Below are positions 63,768-64,000 of a stretch of 64,000 bases of DNA, piece after piece. The stretch is taken from contig CM022679.1 of assembly GCA_012295275.1 (NCBI GenBank), positions 17,484,001 through 17,548,000 of the forward strand, read 5' to 3'. A program made the position numbers and the translations under genes. The stretch comes from Chrysomallon squamiferum (taxonomy: Eukaryota > Animalia > Mollusca). The notes below the pieces were generated by a model that saw only the letters and a list, made by a program, of their open reading frames with translations, did not search any database and was not told the origin of the DNA. The stretch's first letter is position 1, and every line of letters begins with the position of its first letter.

Positions 63768-64000
63768 CTGTGTTAGATAACTATAGTGAGGTTCATACTG
63801 AATATATTTGACTTAAATGAATGGCCACACAACACTGAATATACTGAAATACAAGCTGCTACCTAAACTAATGTGCATATCTGGTAAAACCTAGATAAAA
63901 TTATAAAAGTAATCAAATTAAACCCTCACTTAAACAATCTATCAAAATATTACACACACAAACATATATATGCACACATGGACACACACAGAAACACCCA

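Overview
AT-rich, intron- and microsatellite-rich animal DNA, not prokaryotic. It looks invertebrate and probably molluscan; a cephalopod is possible, but the taxon is only inferred. I rebuilt three spliced genes by hand. (1) A vitamin K-dependent gamma-glutamyl carboxylase (GGCX) on the minus strand, with 15 coding exons at 1477-16871 (about 732 aa) and probably a non-coding first exon near 36.0 kb. (2) An SLC16/MCT-family transporter on the plus strand, with 2 coding exons at 48976-51250 (635 aa). (3) The 3' 16 exons of a lysosomal alpha-glucosidase (GAA, GH31) on the minus strand at 55402-63767; the gene runs off the window and carries a 1-nt frameshift near 63067. A CpG-retaining block (about 35.4-46.9 kb) lies between the CpG-depleted gene bodies and holds the two inferred divergent promoters. 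Also present: two inverted copies of a hAT-type non-autonomous element, a small hAT-like MITE, a decayed Tc1/mariner transposon, an 82-bp perfect palindrome and several minisatellites. The best leads are an intronic segment complementary to the GAA active-site exon (candidate ADAR editing-complementary sequence) and several tandem arrays that copy the adjacent splice site. I found no convincing new multi-gene system. Human exon sizes and residue numbers quoted below are from memory and should be verified.
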